Below, piece after piece: positions 61,422 through 64,000 of a stretch of 64,000 nt of DNA. A program made the position numbers and the translations under genes. The first letter of the stretch is position 1, and every line of letters begins with the position of its first letter. The notes under the pieces were generated by a model, which ran no database searches, was not told where the DNA came from, and saw only the letters and a program-made list of their open reading frames with translations. The stretch covers positions 1-64,000 of the forward strand of contig JBBFKX010000003.1 in assembly GCA_037481815.1 (NCBI GenBank). Reading direction: 5' to 3'. Source of the stretch: a candidate division WOR-3 bacterium (GTDB lineage Bacteria; Hydrothermota; 32-111).

Positions 61422-61897
61422 ATGAAAATCTCCCCATTTTTAAAAGAAATCACTCTTATGATACCATTTTTCACTGTAAATTCAACTGATCTACTATAAT
61501 CGCTTCCTACATCTTCTGCAACGATTGGAATCCTTAATTCTTTTAACATTTTCCTTGCAATTTCAACATTTCTATATCCTATAGAATCTTCAACACTCTT
61601 TATGAAAGTGGAAAACATGTTTGCACCACCAACAATTTTTGATTCCATTCTATACTTTTTTGCACCGAGCTGCTCCATCTCCAAAATAAGGTTTGGAAGT
61701 CCACTATCACAGTATTTATAAGGATTAAAAACAACATTCGAATAGGTTCGTGAAGGTAACATGTAATGGATCATTCCTCCTATTTTTTTTTCTCTATCAA
61801 ATAAAGTTAAAGCAACGCATGACCCAAGACCTATCGTTTTTAAAACATCATCTTCAAAACCTATATTCGCATCAGCTATCTTTATGTTGATTATCAA
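61418..61897 (-). CDS. cheD: Chemoreceptor glutamine deamidase
   Basis: T.GLGSCV, H.MLP, GGA.MF, IG.RN, ED.G. Confidence 0.94.
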   Translation of the reverse strand: MIINIKIADANIGFEDDVLKTIGLGSCVALTLFDREKKIGGMIHYMLPSRTYSNVVFNPYKYCDSGLPNLILEMEQLGAKKYRMESKIVGGANMFSTFIKSVEDSIGYRNVEIARKMLKELRIPIVAEDVGSDYSRSVEFTVKNGIIRVISFKNGEIFI

Positions 61898-62690
61898 TTT
61901 TTTTAAAAACCCTCTCTTTAATGTTTATTGGTTTATAAAGTGCTTTTGTGTTACCTGTTAAAATTTCGACCTTTCCAAGTATAAGATAACCCTCTGGAAA
62001 TAAAAGTTCATAGAACACGTTAAAAATCTTTTCCTGAAACTCCTTTGAAAAATAGATGAGCACATTTCTACATATTATAAAATCAAATTTTCCAAGAGTA
62101 AAGAGTATATTTTCTTCTTTAATATCAACAAGTTTAAAATAAACATTCTCTTTCAACGATTCATCTATGGAATAGTAATCTCCCATCTTTTTAAAATATC
62201 TGTTGATCTCACTTTCGGTTAATTCTATAAGAGAATAATCTTTGTAAAGTCCTATATTAGCTTTTTTTATAGCATCTTCATCAACATCGATCCCAACTAT
62301 CTCATAATTGAATTCATTTTTTATTCTTAACCTTTTCATGATCATATCCAAAGAATAAACCTCCTCCCCAGTAGAACACCCCACACTCAAAATCCTTATC
62401 CTTTTCTTTTTTTTTATGATTTCAGGGAAGATAACCTCTTCAAGATAATCAAAGGTTTCTCTATTTCGAAAAAATCTTGTAACATTGATTGTTAATGTTT
62501 CTTTCAATATGTTTAATTCATCTCTATCACTTTTTAAAAATTGTAAATACTCCATAAAAGTTTTTTTGCCGGTTGCCCTCATTCTGACCATAAGCCTTCT
62601 TTTGAAAGGTCTCTCTTTATAAATATTACCATCGATACCAATTTTTTGGCTTATGTAGTCAACAAGAATTTTATAATCTATTTCATCCAT
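61872..62690 (-). CDS. cheR: Chemotaxis methyltransferase
   Basis: TINVT.FFR, S.GCSTGEE.YS, CRNVLIYF. Confidence 0.95.
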   Translation of the reverse strand: MDEIDYKILVDYISQKIGIDGNIYKERPFKRRLMVRMRATGKKTFMEYLQFLKSDRDELNILKETLTINVTRFFRNRETFDYLEEVIFPEIIKKKKRIRILSVGCSTGEEVYSLDMIMKRLRIKNEFNYEIVGIDVDEDAIKKANIGLYKDYSLIELTESEINRYFKKMGDYYSIDESLKENVYFKLVDIKEENILFTLGKFDFIICRNVLIYFSKEFQEKIFNVFYELLFPEGYLILGKVEILTGNTKALYKPINIKERVFKKIDNQHKDS

Positions 62691-63999
62691 TTCTTACAGT
62701 GTTTATAGTTTTTTTGAGTATCTCGTTGCCGGGTTGTAGTTTTAAAGCTTCCTCCCAAAATTTTAGTGCCTCATCCTTTTTTCCTTTTCTATATTTGATA
62801 TTTCCCAGCTTATAAAAGACATCAAAATCTCCTTTGTTCATATTGACTAGTTGCTCAAGAACTATTTCTGCAGCCTCAAAATTTTTTTCAAGGAAATAGA
62901 AATCGATCAACGATTTGTACGGTAAAACCTCATCTCCGCATACCTCTACACTCTTTTTTAGAAAATTTCCAGCACTCTCATATTTCCCAACAGCAAGATA
63001 CATTTGCCCGAGATTGTAATGGTACTGCCAGACGGAAGGGTCATTTTTGGAAAGTTCAAAGAATATTTCTGTCGATTCGTTTACCATTCCATATTCAAAA
63101 TATATTAATCCCAAAAAATATCTGGCATACTTTAAATTTTTATCAATGTTTAAAGCCATTTTCAACTTTTCTTCAGCATCCGAAAAAAGGTTTTCCTTGA
63201 AAAGGAGTATTCCATAGTTGGCAAGAATTTTGGGATTCTCGGGTTCCATTTTTACTGCTCTTTCATAAAATTCTTCAGCTCTTTCAAAAATTCCAAGACG
63301 TTCATAGGTAAGAGCTATATTGTTAAAGAGCTGAACATTCACAACACCCAATTTTAAAAGTTCCTCAAAAAATTTTAAAGATTCATTGTAATCCCCCATC
63401 CTGAAATATATGAGTCCAAGATAAAAATATGCTTTTACATCACTTCGATCAAGTTGTATTATATGTTTGAATTCCCTAATAGCTTCTTCATGCATTTCAG
63501 TTAAAAGAAAAGCGATGCCAAGATTATAATGTTCCATTATCTTATTCTGTGAATCAACGATCACCTCTGCACTCTTTTCCTCCCCTGCATAAATATATCC
63601 AAGTTTCAGTAATGTATAAAGTTCCTTTCCGGTTTCATATTTTCCAACAGTTGAAATCTCAAATATTTCTTTTAAAGTTCTAAATCCATCAACAAGAGAG
63701 AATATATACCTTGTGATTTCGTTTTCTATATCCTCTTCTTTCTTTATACCCGTTTTAACAAGCACTGTTTTTTCCGAAGGTAACTCTTTTTCGATTATCG
63801 ACCATTCATCGATTTTTCTTGCTTCTTCAAGTAAAACATCATCGGCCTCTATCTCAACCGTAATCGTTTCTGTAACCGGTTCGATATTTGGCTCAAAGTT
63901 AAAAAATCCTGTTTTCCAGGTTAAAAGAGTAAAAATACTATCGGTGATCTGTTGTTTTATCCTCTTTTCAAGCACCTCTTTCGAAACAAAATTCATTTC
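62683..63999 (-). CDS. DUF4388 + TPR protein (5' end outside the window)
   Basis: LL.W..G.F.F, LLE.AR..DEW, VDG..T..EI, followed by many TPR repeats. Confidence 0.82.
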   Translation of the reverse strand, partial: EMNFVSKEVLEKRIKQQITDSIFTLLTWKTGFFNFEPNIEPVTETITVEIEADDVLLEEARKIDEWSIIEKELPSEKTVLVKTGIKKEEDIENEITRYIFSLVDGFRTLKEIFEISTVGKYETGKELYTLLKLGYIYAGEEKSAEVIVDSQNKIMEHYNLGIAFLLTEMHEEAIREFKHIIQLDRSDVKAYFYLGLIYFRMGDYNESLKFFEELLKLGVVNVQLFNNIALTYERLGIFERAEEFYERAVKMEPENPKILANYGILLFKENLFSDAEEKLKMALNIDKNLKYARYFLGLIYFEYGMVNESTEIFFELSKNDPSVWQYHYNLGQMYLAVGKYESAGNFLKKSVEVCGDEVLPYKSLIDFYFLEKNFEAAEIVLEQLVNMNKGDFDVFYKLGNIKYRKGKKDEALKFWEEALKLQPGNEILKKTINTVRNG

Positions 64000-64000
64000 A

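Noticed and set aside
1..64000. CRISPR array, IS element, prophage, DGR or retron
   Set aside because: No regularly spaced repeats, transposase, phage gene or reverse transcriptase seen by eye. The short motif at 224-266 is reported separately.

Overview
A very AT-rich, gene-dense chromosomal segment from an anaerobic diderm bacterium. T9SS-like cargo proteins, a PorV-like barrel and a TonB receptor suggest an FCB-related candidate lineage such as WOR-3/TA06, which is an inference only. Most of the window is housekeeping: rpsP-khpA-rimM-trmD-rplS-rnhB-yraN, tRNA-Val(CAC), tRNA-Ala(CGC), pfkA, buk, rarA, znuACB, glyA, ispG, murA, pgpA-cinA-thpR-recA-recX, and a cheR/D/B/W cluster with TPR and DUF4388 genes. 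I found no transposase, integrase, reverse transcriptase or CRISPR array. Main observations: (1) a split class III ribonucleotide reductase whose glycyl-radical motif lies on a separate 55-aa ORF missed by the ORF track (12303-12470), with a 26-aa insertion next to the catalytic Cys and tandem NrdR boxes; (2) a headless, strongly C-depleted Ig-like coding fragment at the left edge, joined to the backbone through a distinctive short motif; (3) a secreted T9SS-type gene broken by a single in-frame TAA; (4) a cobalamin riboswitch upstream of a btuB/btuG-like pair; (5) several apparent pseudoenzymes (CitD-CitE fusion, M24, GH3); (6) several probably leaderless genes. All family calls come from motif recognition by eye, and no database search was run.
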